A DNA stretch of 64,000 bases, from positions 2,624,001-2,688,000 of the forward strand of contig CAXXKJ010000002.1 in NCBI GenBank assembly GCA_963675295.2, written 5' to 3'. This document shows positions 1-8,658 of the stretch, in pieces. This stretch comes from a bacterium. Its GTDB lineage: Bacteria; Electryoneota; Electryoneia; Electryoneales; Electryoneaceae. A model generated the notes under the pieces. The model made no database searches. It was not told the DNA's origin and saw only the letters and a program-made list of their open reading frames with translations. The position numbers were made by a program, and so were the translations under genes. How positions within the stretch are numbered: position 1 is the stretch's first letter; each line of letters starts with the position of its first letter.

Positions 1-1480
1 GCGCACTCCAGTCGGTGATCGGGGTCGGGGTGATCACGACACCACCGGCGTGGATTGACAGGTGTCGCGGCAGGCTGAGGATGGATTGCGCGGCGTTGGC
101 GATGCTCAGCCACGGTTCCCGGTCCAGCGGAAGGTTGCGGCATTCCGGTGTTTCGTCCTTCAACGCAGCGAGTGACGAAGGATGAGAGAAATGCGGGATG
201 TGCCGGGTGATCCGTCCGATCTCCTCCTCGGGCATGCCATACGCGAGTGCGGTTTCGTGCAACGCGGCACGGGCGGCGAAAGTGACATAGGTCGCGATCA
301 TCGCGACGTGATCGTCGCCGTAGGTGTCGTAGACACCGTGCAGGATGTCGTCCCGGTCGCGCCACGAAAAGTCGAGGTCGATGTCGGGCGGGCTGCTGCG
401 TTCCGGGTTCAGAAAACGCTCGAAGTAAAGGTCGTATTTGAGCGGACAGATGTCGGTTAGCCGCAGGCAGTAGCAGACCATGCTGTTGGCGGCGGACCCG
501 CGTCCGAGGGTGCGCACACCTCGTGCCCATGCCTTTCGTGCGATGTCATGCACCACCAGCATGTAGCCGGTGAAACCGAGGTGGTCGATCACGCCGAGCT
601 CGTAGGCCAACCGTTCGCGGACAGCGTCCGGTGGCGCGGGACCGTACCGCTCCCGGCTGCCCCGTTCCGCACGGTGGCGCAGTTCGTCGAACGCCTCGAT
701 CCCATCCGGCAGGTGCGGCGCGGGGAACTTCAATTCGCCGAGTCGGAGGTCCACGTCACAGCGTTCGGCGAGGGATACGGTGTTGTGCAGCGCTTCCGGC
801 GCACTCGCGAAACAGTCGTAGAGGAGCGGAATGTCGATGAGGGCGTGACCGAGCTGATGATCACCCTGTCGAGAGAGGACGGTTCGTTCGCCGATCGCGC
901 GCAGCAGACGGACGGTTTCCCGTTGCTCCGGGTGGACATGCGTCACCGGTGCGGTGGCGATAAACGGCAGGCCGAGTGACCGGCCGGCGTCCCACGTGCG
1001 GCGGGCATGGTCGCGTGCGTGCGGGTTGTCAAACGCGACGAGGTTGGCGTAGACATCGCCCGGCGGCAGTTGTTCACGCAGCGCCATCAGCAGGTCCGGC
1101 CGGTCGGACGCCGCTATCACCCCCTCCCCCAGCTCACGGACGGCGTGCGACAGCCGGAAATCCTGCTCCAGTTGACGGGACGATGCTGCGCGGCAAATCG
1201 CCGCATAGCCGATTGCGTCTTTCGCCCACAGCACCATCGTGCGTGACGGATCACCCGGTTCGTCCAGCAGAAGACCGAGCACGGGCCGGATCTCGTTCGC
1301 TTGTGCTGCCTTGTAGCCTTGCACCAGCCCACTGACACGATTGCGGTCGGTGAACGCCAGCGCGGCATGGCCGGCTTCGGCAGCGGCCTGGGCGAGATCT
1401 TTAACTGTTCCCGCGCCCTCGTGGAAGGAATACGGTGTGTGGACGTGCAATGGGACGATATGTGAAGGGTCGAGGGGCAT
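1..1480 (-). CDS. dnaE2: Error-prone DNA polymerase III alpha subunit (DnaE2-like), 3' end runs off the window
   Basis: Not in the ORF track because there is no stop inside the window. Manual translation from ATG 1480 gives MPLDPSHIVPLHVHTPYSFHEG..AFTDRN (PHP domain), GRGSAANSMVCYCL, FERFLNPERSSPPDIDLDF and HAGGVVI. It lies downstream of an imuB-like gene. Confidence 0.9.
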   Translation of the reverse strand, partial: MPLDPSHIVPLHVHTPYSFHEGAGTVKDLAQAAAEAGHAALAFTDRNRVSGLVQGYKAAQANEIRPVLGLLLDEPGDPSRTMVLWAKDAIGYAAICRAASSRQLEQDFRLSHAVRELGEGVIAASDRPDLLMALREQLPPGDVYANLVAFDNPHARDHARRTWDAGRSLGLPFIATAPVTHVHPEQRETVRLLRAIGERTVLSRQGDHQLGHALIDIPLLYDCFASAPEALHNTVSLAERCDVDLRLGELKFPAPHLPDGIEAFDELRHRAERGSRERYGPAPPDAVRERLAYELGVIDHLGFTGYMLVVHDIARKAWARGVRTLGRGSAANSMVCYCLRLTDICPLKYDLYFERFLNPERSSPPDIDLDFSWRDRDDILHGVYDTYGDDHVAMIATYVTFAARAALHETALAYGMPEEEIGRITRHIPHFSHPSSLAALKDETPECRNLPLDREPWLSIANAAQSILSLPRHLSIHAGGVVITPTPITDWSA

Positions 1481-1509
1481 GGGATCGCGCAATGTGAGTT
1501 TTAACATGC

Positions 1510-1661
1510 CCCAGACATTCATGTCTGGGATGATGGAACTAGGGGTGCGGGCAAGGGCAGCGGAGACATTTTGTCCTCAAAGTGTCCCCGTGACCTGCGC
1601 GGACACGACAATCTCCGGACTGTGTTTTCGGGGACACTTAGCGGAGTAAGTGTCCCCTCCA
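1510..1661. repeat. Cluster of REP-like palindromes, including an inverted doublet
   Basis: CCCAGACAT-TC-ATGTCTGGG (1510-1529). CGGAGACATTTT-GTCCTC-AAAGTGTCCCCG (1561-1590). Perfect GGGGACACTTA-GCGGAG-TAAGTGTCCCC (1630-1657). The last two are related sequences in inverted orientation. Confidence 0.65.
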
Positions 1662-1680
1662 CCTGTAGTTATACCCGTAC

Positions 1681-2802
1681 CTACACCGCATACCGTACGA
1701 GATCCCGGCCCCAGCGGTCGCGGACACGGGTGACGGCGTGTGTCAATTCGCGGTCACGGAACTGGCGTTGCGCGGGCACAAACAGCGAGAGCTGGCTGGA
1801 CGGGCGTCCGCTCCAGTCCACGGACAAACGGACCTCAGAAATCCGCACACGCCGTGTCCACAGCGTGTCCACCTGTTCGTGGGCCAGCTTCTGCCAACTG
1901 CCTTCGTGCTCGGGGCGATGGGTGTTGAGTCGCGCGCCGCTGCGTTTGCCATCGGTGTAACACAGGATCAATAGCATCGCCCGGGGCGTCCGGCCGAGGT
2001 GGACGAGCACGTGCGTCAATCCGTCCGCGACGAGCTGCGCGACCGCGCGTTGCACCCGTACGAGGTTCGCCGTGTCACCGCCGAGACGTTTCCGTCCACG
2101 CCACTGTTTCGGCGCCGGTCCACGCATACCGAGCGCCGCGATCCGGCGTAGCGCGGGACCGTCCGGTCCAAGCAGGGCGCGCAACACATCTGGCGGCAGG
2201 GTCAGCAGATGTCCGAACCGGTGCACACCGATCTCCGCCAGTGCCGTGAGCTGCAGTGCGCTGAGGTCCGGCAGCAGTTGAAGCGGTTGCGGCGCGAGGA
2301 ACTCACGGACGCCGTGTTCCGGGATCTCGAGCGTTTCACCCACCGGTGCGATCGAGGCCGCAATCTCCGCGACCGCGTCGCCGGGTGCGATTCCCCACGC
2401 AGCGTGATAGTTGAGTGCGTGCAGCTGATGTGCCGCATGCTCGAGTGCCGTGTGCAGGAACCGTCGTCCCCGGGACCACAACGCCTGCACCACTCCCGGC
2501 CGGATGACGTGTGGATCGGGCAGGTCCTGCGACAGCTGGAGGAGTAGCTGTTGTTCCCCGGAGAGATATCGCATCGGGCTCGCGTGGATGATCTCGCCAC
2601 GAAAGCCGTGCACTTGTCCAGTCCGCATGCCGGGACGTGCACCCTGCAACACAGCCAGCGGACAGGCGGAGAGGATCAGCGACCGATCCCCCTCCCCGGC
2701 ACAGACCAGCAGCGGGCGGTCAGCGGGCAGGTGCTGCAGCTGTCGCTCAAGCAGCGCGTAAAATCCCGGAATCCGGAGTACGATGTGGGTGTTGTTCAGC
2801 AT
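1681..2802 (-). CDS. imuB: ImuB-like inactive Y-family polymerase (mutasome accessory subunit)
   Basis: DinB-like layout with the catalytic acidic motifs degenerate (HIVLRIPGFY in place of HIDMDAFY; no SIDE). C-terminal beta-clamp motif QLSLF, followed by RVRDRWG. Lies upstream of dnaE2. Confidence 0.75.
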   Translation of the reverse strand: MLNNTHIVLRIPGFYALLERQLQHLPADRPLLVCAGEGDRSLILSACPLAVLQGARPGMRTGQVHGFRGEIIHASPMRYLSGEQQLLLQLSQDLPDPHVIRPGVVQALWSRGRRFLHTALEHAAHQLHALNYHAAWGIAPGDAVAEIAASIAPVGETLEIPEHGVREFLAPQPLQLLPDLSALQLTALAEIGVHRFGHLLTLPPDVLRALLGPDGPALRRIAALGMRGPAPKQWRGRKRLGGDTANLVRVQRAVAQLVADGLTHVLVHLGRTPRAMLLILCYTDGKRSGARLNTHRPEHEGSWQKLAHEQVDTLWTRRVRISEVRLSVDWSGRPSSQLSLFVPAQRQFRDRELTHAVTRVRDRWGRDLVRYAV

Positions 2803-2808
2803 GGCGAT

Positions 2809-2837
2809 AAGATACTGAACATCCGTTCACTTTGCAA
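2809..2837 (-). promoter_or_regulatory. sigma70 promoter of imuB with a LexA (SOS) box in the spacer
   Basis: Minus strand reads TTGCAA-agTGAACggatGTTCAg (17 nt)-TATCTT-atcgcc-ATG. The palindrome TGAAC-N4-GTTCA is at 2816-2829. Confidence 0.75.
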
Positions 2838-2849
2838 GGGTGGATAGAC

Positions 2850-2878
2850 TTGAAAGGATCGGAGGAAACGTGTATGAT
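2850..2878 (+). promoter_or_regulatory. Putative sigma70 promoter of the globin-coupled MCP
   Basis: TTGAAA-17 nt-TATGAT, divergent from the imuB promoter. Confidence 0.5.
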
Positions 2879-3011
2879 AAAAGGGGATTGCCGGGTGGAG
2901 CCGGAGAGCAGGTAACCTCGCGAGACTGGAAATAATGATGATTTTGCACTCTTTATAATGTAGATTATCGACGATTGGTAAATCGTCAGGTGACCGTAAC
3001 CGGGGCAGGAC

Positions 3012-4820
3012 ATGTTTGGTAAGAACCGCAAGCGCGCCACACAGGATCTGGTGATGCAGGAGTTGAAGACGGCTGGCGTTCAGGCACCCGCGAAGCAGCG
3101 GGAGTACCGTAAGGGTACGATCAAGTTGAGCGATGCGAAGCTGGTCGAACGACTCCGTTTTCATGGTCTGTCGGAAGAAGATCTCGGTGTGATTGCGACG
3201 TGGGAGCCCACGTGCCGCAAGGTGTCGGACAAGCTCGTTGACATCTTCTACGATCGCATTCTGAAGCAACCGGAAACGAAGGCCATCCTGCTGAAGTATT
3301 CGTCCGTCGAGAAGCAGCGTCCCCGGTTGACCAAATACGCTCTTACTCTCTTCTCCGGAGTGATTGACGACCAGTATGTCGCGTTTCGCGTTCATGTCGG
3401 CAAAATGCATGACGACATCGATCTCGATTCGAATTGGTATGTCGCGATGTACGAGATTATCCGCCAGGTGTTGGTGCAGGCGGTGCGTGACGATGGCGCG
3501 ACGGATGCCGAAGCGCAGCGCTTCGCGGATGCGTTGAACCGGCTGATCCAGGTCGACATCGCTTTGGTCACCACGGCGCTGGGCGATTCGCGGATGGGCA
3601 AGATTCACGCGCTGCGGAAGAAGCAGGCGGAGACGATGCAGAGCCTGATCAACGAATTGATCGGTGCCGCGCGTGAAGGCAAGCTCAGCACCCGCGTCAA
3701 TCCGGACAAGTACGAGGGTGAGGTTCGCACGTTCGTGATGGCGGTCAACGAGATGCTCGACGCGATCGTCAAGCCGGTACAGGAGGCTTCGACGGTGCTG
3801 CGCCGGATTGCGGATCGGGATCTTACCGCGCGGGTCGAAGGGGCATACCGTGGTGATCATGCGTTAATCAAGGATGCGTTGAACAAGGCGACAGCGAAGT
3901 TGCAGAGCGCGTTGATCGAGGTCGGCAGGGCTGTTGATGAGGTCAACACCGGGTCGACGCAGGTCGCACTGGCCAGCCAGTCTCTATCCGACGGATCGAC
4001 GCAGCAGGCGAGTTCACTGGAGGAGATCAGCTCGACGATGGACCAGATCACCTCCCAGACCCGTCAAACGGCGGACAATTCGTCACAAGCTCAGTCGCTC
4101 AGCGTGGACGCCCGTTCCGGCGCCGAAGAGGGCAACCGGCGGATGAAGGAAATGCTGGAAGCGATGCACGAGATCAACGAAGCGTCCAGCCAGATCTCGA
4201 AGATCATCAAGGTCATTGACGAAATCGCGTTCCAGACCAACCTGCTGGCGTTGAACGCAGCGGTCGAAGCAGCGCGCGCCGGGGTGCATGGCAAGGGCTT
4301 CGCGGTGGTTGCGGAAGAGGTGCGAAATCTGGCTGGCCGTAGTGCACGGGCTGCCAAGGAAACCACCGAACTGATCGAAGGTTCGCTGAAGAAGGTTGAA
4401 AAGGGCTACGAGTTGGCCAATGAAACCGCCACCTCGCTGGGCGATATCGTGGAATCAGTGACCAAGATGACAGACATCATCAGCGAAATCGCCAGCGCGT
4501 CCCGTGAGCAGGCGTCCGGCATTGACCAGATGAACGCCGCGTTGGTTCAGATCGGTGAGGTCACCCAGGGCAATGCGGCGAACTCGGAGGAATCCGCTGC
4601 GGCGTCGGAAGAGTTGTCAGGCCAGGCGATGCACCTGCAGCAAATGGTGAACAACTTCGAGCTGGGGATTGGACGAAAGCATTTGTCGCAGCAGAAGCAA
4701 CAGCAACGTTCTGGCGGAAGCCAGCAGCGCCGTCTGGCGACACGAACTCAGGCTCCGGCTTCGCACCGTCCAAAGACTCCGGCAATCAAGCTGGATGACG
4801 ACGATTTCGGTGGTTTCTGA
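3012..4820 (+). CDS. Soluble globin-coupled methyl-accepting chemotaxis protein (HemAT-like; protoglobin + HAMP + MCP signalling domain)
   Basis: N-terminal globin with IFY (B10 Tyr) and [10 protein letters not shown] (proximal His). MCP hairpin [37 protein letters not shown]. No TM helix. C-terminal DFGGF. Confidence 0.9.
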   Translation: MFGKNRKRATQDLVMQELKTAGVQAPAKQREYRKGTIKLSDAKLVERLRFHGLSEEDLGVIATWEPTCRKVSDKLVDIFYDRILKQPETKAILLKYSSVEKQRPRLTKYALTLFSGVIDDQYVAFRVHVGKMHDDIDLDSNWYVAMYEIIRQVLVQAVRDDGATDAEAQRFADALNRLIQVDIALVTTALGDSRMGKIHALRKKQAETMQSLINELIGAAREGKLSTRVNPDKYEGEVRTFVMAVNEMLDAIVKPVQEASTVLRRIADRDLTARVEGAYRGDHALIKDALNKATAKLQSALIEVGRAVDEVNTGSTQVALASQSLSDGSTQQASSLEEISSTMDQITSQTRQTADNSSQAQSLSVDARSGAEEGNRRMKEMLEAMHEINEASSQISKIIKVIDEIAFQTNLLALNAAVEAARAGVHGKGFAVVAEEVRNLAGRSARAAKETTELIEGSLKKVEKGYELANETATSLGDIVESVTKMTDIISEIASASREQASGIDQMNAALVQIGEVTQGNAANSEESAAASEELSGQAMHLQQMVNNFELGIGRKHLSQQKQQQRSGGSQQRRLATRTQAPASHRPKTPAIKLDDDDFGGF

Positions 4821-4848
4821 TCCTGAGAACAGTTCATGAAGAACGTAC

Positions 4849-4882
4849 AACAGCCCATCCGCGTGGATGGGCTGTTTTCTTT
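4849..4882 (+). terminator. Intrinsic terminator after the MCP
   Basis: AACAGCCCATCC-GCGT-GGATGGGCTGTT followed by TTCTTT. Confidence 0.85.
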
Positions 4883-4891
4883 GTCCTGATG

Positions 4892-5314
4892 CTATTGATC
4901 CGGGATCAGCCGCTTTCCCATTGACAAGACCGCGTCAACTTTGTATCCGATTCGCTCGTAGAACTCGATGGCGGCGCGGTTTGTCTCTCTCACCTGCAGG
5001 TTCAGTTTTGGACAGCCTCGTTCAAGCAGTAGCTGCTCGAGCGTGTCCATCACCTCACGTCCTAAGCCCTGGTGGCGGTGGTCCGGATCGACCGCGAGGT
5101 AGTTGACCCAGCCCCGGTGCCCATCGTACCCACCCATCGCGGTGGCGACAATCTCACCTTCCACCACGCCGACGAGAAACAGCTCGGATTGTACGGTCTG
5201 CTTGCGGGCGATATCCTTCGCCGGGTCGTTCCAGGGAACGGTCAGGTCGCAACGATCCCACAGCCGCACAATGGCATCCTGATCGGAATCCTGGTATGGT
5301 CTGATCTGCATCAT
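4892..5314 (-). CDS. GNAT family acetyltransferase (YpeA-like)
   Basis: PWNDP, MGGYDGHRGWVNYLAVDP, QGLG, CPKLNLQVR and FYERIGY. Confidence 0.88.
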   Translation of the reverse strand: MMQIRPYQDSDQDAIVRLWDRCDLTVPWNDPAKDIARKQTVQSELFLVGVVEGEIVATAMGGYDGHRGWVNYLAVDPDHRHQGLGREVMDTLEQLLLERGCPKLNLQVRETNRAAIEFYERIGYKVDAVLSMGKRLIPDQ

Positions 5315-5332
5315 CGTCGACTCTCCCCCAAG

Positions 5333-5360
5333 AAAAAAGGCTCCGGAATTCCGAAGCCTT
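5333..5360 (-). terminator. Intrinsic terminator of the RND operon
   Basis: Minus strand AAGGCTTCGGAATTCCGGAGCC-TTTTTT. Confidence 0.8.
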
Positions 5361-5373
5361 GGTGAACGTCATG

Positions 5374-8300
5374 TTATTCAACCGCTTCTCCAGCAGCCAG
5401 CCGTTTCCTCTCCCCTTTCAACTCCATGGCGACGAAGAGAACGGGAATCACGAACAAGCCGAGCACGGTTGAAACCAGCAGCCCGCCAATCGCGACGACG
5501 GCCATCGGTGCGCGGAATTCACCACCGGCACCGATCCCCAGCGCCAACGGCATCATCCCAAGCGCGGTCGCGAGCGAACTCATCAGGATCGGCCTGAGAC
5601 GAACCGGGCAGGCTGTCAGCACAGCATCCACCAGCCCCTTGCCGTCACGTCGCAGCTCCTGCGTGTAGTCGATCAACAGAATCCCGTTGTTGACCACGAT
5701 ACCGACGAGCATCACGATCGCCATCAGCGAGAACATTGAGATGGTCATGCCGGTCATCACCAGCGCCATCGAGACACCGATCAGCGCGAGCGGCAGCGTC
5801 ATCATGATGATCAACGGGAATCGGTAGCTTTCCAGGATTGCCGCCAGCAGCATGTAGGTCAGGATGATCGCCAGCACCAGCGCTTGCAACAGGCTGGTAA
5901 ACGAGGACGCCATGTTCTCGGCTTCACCGCCGAAGTACACCGTCACGCCATCTGGAAGCTGCGGACTCGGAACCGGAATGGTACTGCTCTCACCCCGGAG
6001 AATGTCCTGCATCACTTGGGCCGGATCGGTCGCAGGAAGCTGCATCACTTCCGCGATCTGGGCTTGCAGCTCACCCGTGGTGATGTTCACCGAGTTCGCG
6101 GACACCGTGACCATCCGCATTTTGTTCTTACGGTTGATCTGTGTCGGGCCGGTGCCATAGCGAATGTCCGCCACCGCTTTCAGCGGGATGAAGCCGTTCG
6201 GCGTCTGGACGAGCAGGTCTTCCAGCGATTCGACACGGTTGCGCTCCTGCTCCTGAAGCTGGACACGGATATCGTACTCTTCACCCGCTTCACGGTATGT
6301 GGTTTCGGTCGCCCCCTCGAAGAAGGTTCGCAGCACACCCGCGATTTCCTGAACGGTTACGCCACGATCCGCCATCTTGATGCGATCCGGCCGGACAACG
6401 ATTTCCGGCTTGCCCGTTTCCCAGTCGCTGCGAACGTCGACTGCGTTTCCGGTGCTGCGGATCAGTTCGATGGTTCTTTCCGCTGCATCAACGAGGTCAT
6501 CCTGGTTTCGGCCTTGCAGCTGAAGCTGGATGTCCGCGCTTGACCCGCCGCCGAACTGAGTTGCCTCAGAGACGAGGATTTCAGCTGCCGGTACGTCGGC
6601 TAATCGCTCGCGCAGTTCCTTTACGATTACGCTGGTCGGTGGATAATTGTTGTTCTCGATGTCCGCAAGTGTGGCGAACACATAGCCATACTGTACGCCG
6701 GATGCGCTGCCAAGATCTTCACCGCCACTCTGGCCCAAAGCTGTGTAGAGTGACTTTACTTCCTGGTACGAGGATATCTCTTCTTCCACCCGCTGCAGCA
6801 CCCGATCGGTTTCTTCCAGCCTTGAACCGGCGGGCATTTCCACCGCGACCTGAAGTCGGCGTTCGTCGTAGCTCGGGAAGAACTCGCTGCCGATGAAGCT
6901 GAACAGGAATAAGCCGAACACGAAGATCAAGCTTGTGATCCCGATGACGATGAAGCGGTGCTTGATCGCCCAGTTCAATCCAGTGCGGTAATCACTGGCC
7001 AGTTCGTTGTACCACTTGTCCCAGCCCCGGGCGAATGCCTTCACCCCGCCCAATTTGTCCGCCAGGGCAATCAGTCCGACGACGACTGCAACGGCCGTGG
7101 CCGTGATCGGTCCGAGAATAATCCATACGGCTGCGAGAGTGAGGATCGCAACGAACGCGTACGTTTTCGCTTTCAGTTTCTGCGACGCCATCATCGGTGT
7201 CAATGTGAAACTTACCAGCAGGCTGAAGATGGTTGCGAACGCCACGGTCAACCCGAACTGCCGGAAAATCGGCCCGATGATGCCGGCCATGAACGCCATC
7301 GGCGTGAATACGACGATGTTGGTCAGAGTTGCCGCCGAAACGGCCACCGCGATCTGGCCGGTACCCTTGCTGGCGGCTTCCTTGAGCGAGAGTCCCTCAT
7401 CACGCAATCGCTCGATATTTTCGAGCACCACGATGGCGTTCACCACGAGAATACCGACCGAAATCGCCAGTCCCATCAAGCTCATCACGTTGATCGTGAA
7501 GTTTGCGGCTTCGAGCAGGATGAACGTTGAGACAATCGAGATCGGCATTGCTACCGCGGCGATGACCGTACCTCGCCAGCTGTGCAGGAAGAGGAACAGC
7601 ACCAGAGCCGTAAACAGAATGCCGAGCACGAGGTTGCCCGACACGTCCGCGACCGAATCGCGGATAAACTTGCTGGTGTCGGTCGCGATCTCGATGTTGA
7701 CACCTGCCGGCATCATCTTCTGCAGCCGGTCAACGGTGGAGAAAATGTCGTCCGCAACCTGAACCGTGTTCGCGTCCGAACGCTTGACGAGGTTCAACCC
7801 GATGGACGGTGTCCCGTTGTATCGCGCCAGCTCACGCATCTCCGCGAAATCGTCGACGACGTTCGCGATCGCGTCAAGCCGGATCGGACCGGATGCGGTC
7901 TGCAATTGCAGCGCACGGATCTCGTCCACCGCTTCCAGCTCGCCTTCGACACGAACGGTGTATTCGCTGCGGCCTTTCTCGATACGTCCGGCCGGGATGT
8001 CGAGGTTCGCGGCGGTTAGTGCGCCGACGATCTGCATCGGATTGACCTGGTACGCGCGCATCAGTTTCGTTGACAGTTCGACGCGAATCTCGCGTTCCTT
8101 CTCACCGATGACGTCAACGTTCGCGAGTCCGGGAATCTTCTGCAACTCCGGACGGATTTGCTGATCCACAAGCAGATACAGGTCTTCCAGCGGCAGGTCG
8201 CCGATGACGGCCAGGTTGACAATTGCGGACGCACCCATCTCGAACTTCTGCACAATCGGGTCCTGAATGTCGTCCGGCAGGTCGTTACGAATCGCATCGA

Positions 8301-8634
8301 CCTTGTCCTTGACATCCATCGCCCGGATGTCGACATCCTCACCGAGCTGTAGCTCGATCAGGGTGACAGCCACCCCTTCCTGTGCGATGGAATAAATCGT
8401 TTTTACGCCGGATACACTGCTTGCGGCATCTTCCAGCGGCTCAGCCAGCAGCGTTTCAATTTCTTCCGGACCGGCGCCGGGATACACGGTCGTTACCGTG
8501 ACGAACGGGAAATCGATCTCGGGAAACAGGTCGATACCCAGACGTGTCAGGCTGAACAGGCCGATGACGACGAAGGTGAAAATCACCATCGTCATCAACA
8601 CCGGGCGCTTAATGGATAAATCAGCCAGTACCAT
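5374..8634 (-). CDS. RND efflux transporter permease (AcrB/AcrD/AcrF family)
   Basis: SIKRPV, YPGAGPEEIE, the multi-TM pattern and RLRPILMSSLATALGMMP; 1086 aa. Confidence 0.95.
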   Translation of the reverse strand: MVLADLSIKRPVLMTMVIFTFVVIGLFSLTRLGIDLFPEIDFPFVTVTTVYPGAGPEEIETLLAEPLEDAASSVSGVKTIYSIAQEGVAVTLIELQLGEDVDIRAMDVKDKVDAIRNDLPDDIQDPIVQKFEMGASAIVNLAVIGDLPLEDLYLLVDQQIRPELQKIPGLANVDVIGEKEREIRVELSTKLMRAYQVNPMQIVGALTAANLDIPAGRIEKGRSEYTVRVEGELEAVDEIRALQLQTASGPIRLDAIANVVDDFAEMRELARYNGTPSIGLNLVKRSDANTVQVADDIFSTVDRLQKMMPAGVNIEIATDTSKFIRDSVADVSGNLVLGILFTALVLFLFLHSWRGTVIAAVAMPISIVSTFILLEAANFTINVMSLMGLAISVGILVVNAIVVLENIERLRDEGLSLKEAASKGTGQIAVAVSAATLTNIVVFTPMAFMAGIIGPIFRQFGLTVAFATIFSLLVSFTLTPMMASQKLKAKTYAFVAILTLAAVWIILGPITATAVAVVVGLIALADKLGGVKAFARGWDKWYNELASDYRTGLNWAIKHRFIVIGITSLIFVFGLFLFSFIGSEFFPSYDERRLQVAVEMPAGSRLEETDRVLQRVEEEISSYQEVKSLYTALGQSGGEDLGSASGVQYGYVFATLADIENNNYPPTSVIVKELRERLADVPAAEILVSEATQFGGGSSADIQLQLQGRNQDDLVDAAERTIELIRSTGNAVDVRSDWETGKPEIVVRPDRIKMADRGVTVQEIAGVLRTFFEGATETTYREAGEEYDIRVQLQEQERNRVESLEDLLVQTPNGFIPLKAVADIRYGTGPTQINRKNKMRMVTVSANSVNITTGELQAQIAEVMQLPATDPAQVMQDILRGESSTIPVPSPQLPDGVTVYFGGEAENMASSFTSLLQALVLAIILTYMLLAAILESYRFPLIIMMTLPLALIGVSMALVMTGMTISMFSLMAIVMLVGIVVNNGILLIDYTQELRRDGKGLVDAVLTACPVRLRPILMSSLATALGMMPLALGIGAGGEFRAPMAVVAIGGLLVSTVLGLFVIPVLFVAMELKGERKRLAAGEAVE

Positions 8635-8658
8635 GGAGATATCTGTCCCTGTGAATCT

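Noticed and set aside
2796-3860. 354 aa minus-strand ORF, and similar long ORFs such as 8725-9867, 23574-24827, 33949-35409, 48812-50056 and 59758-61092
   Set aside because: They are antisense or off-frame shadows of well-supported genes, expected in high-GC DNA, and carry no recognisable motifs.
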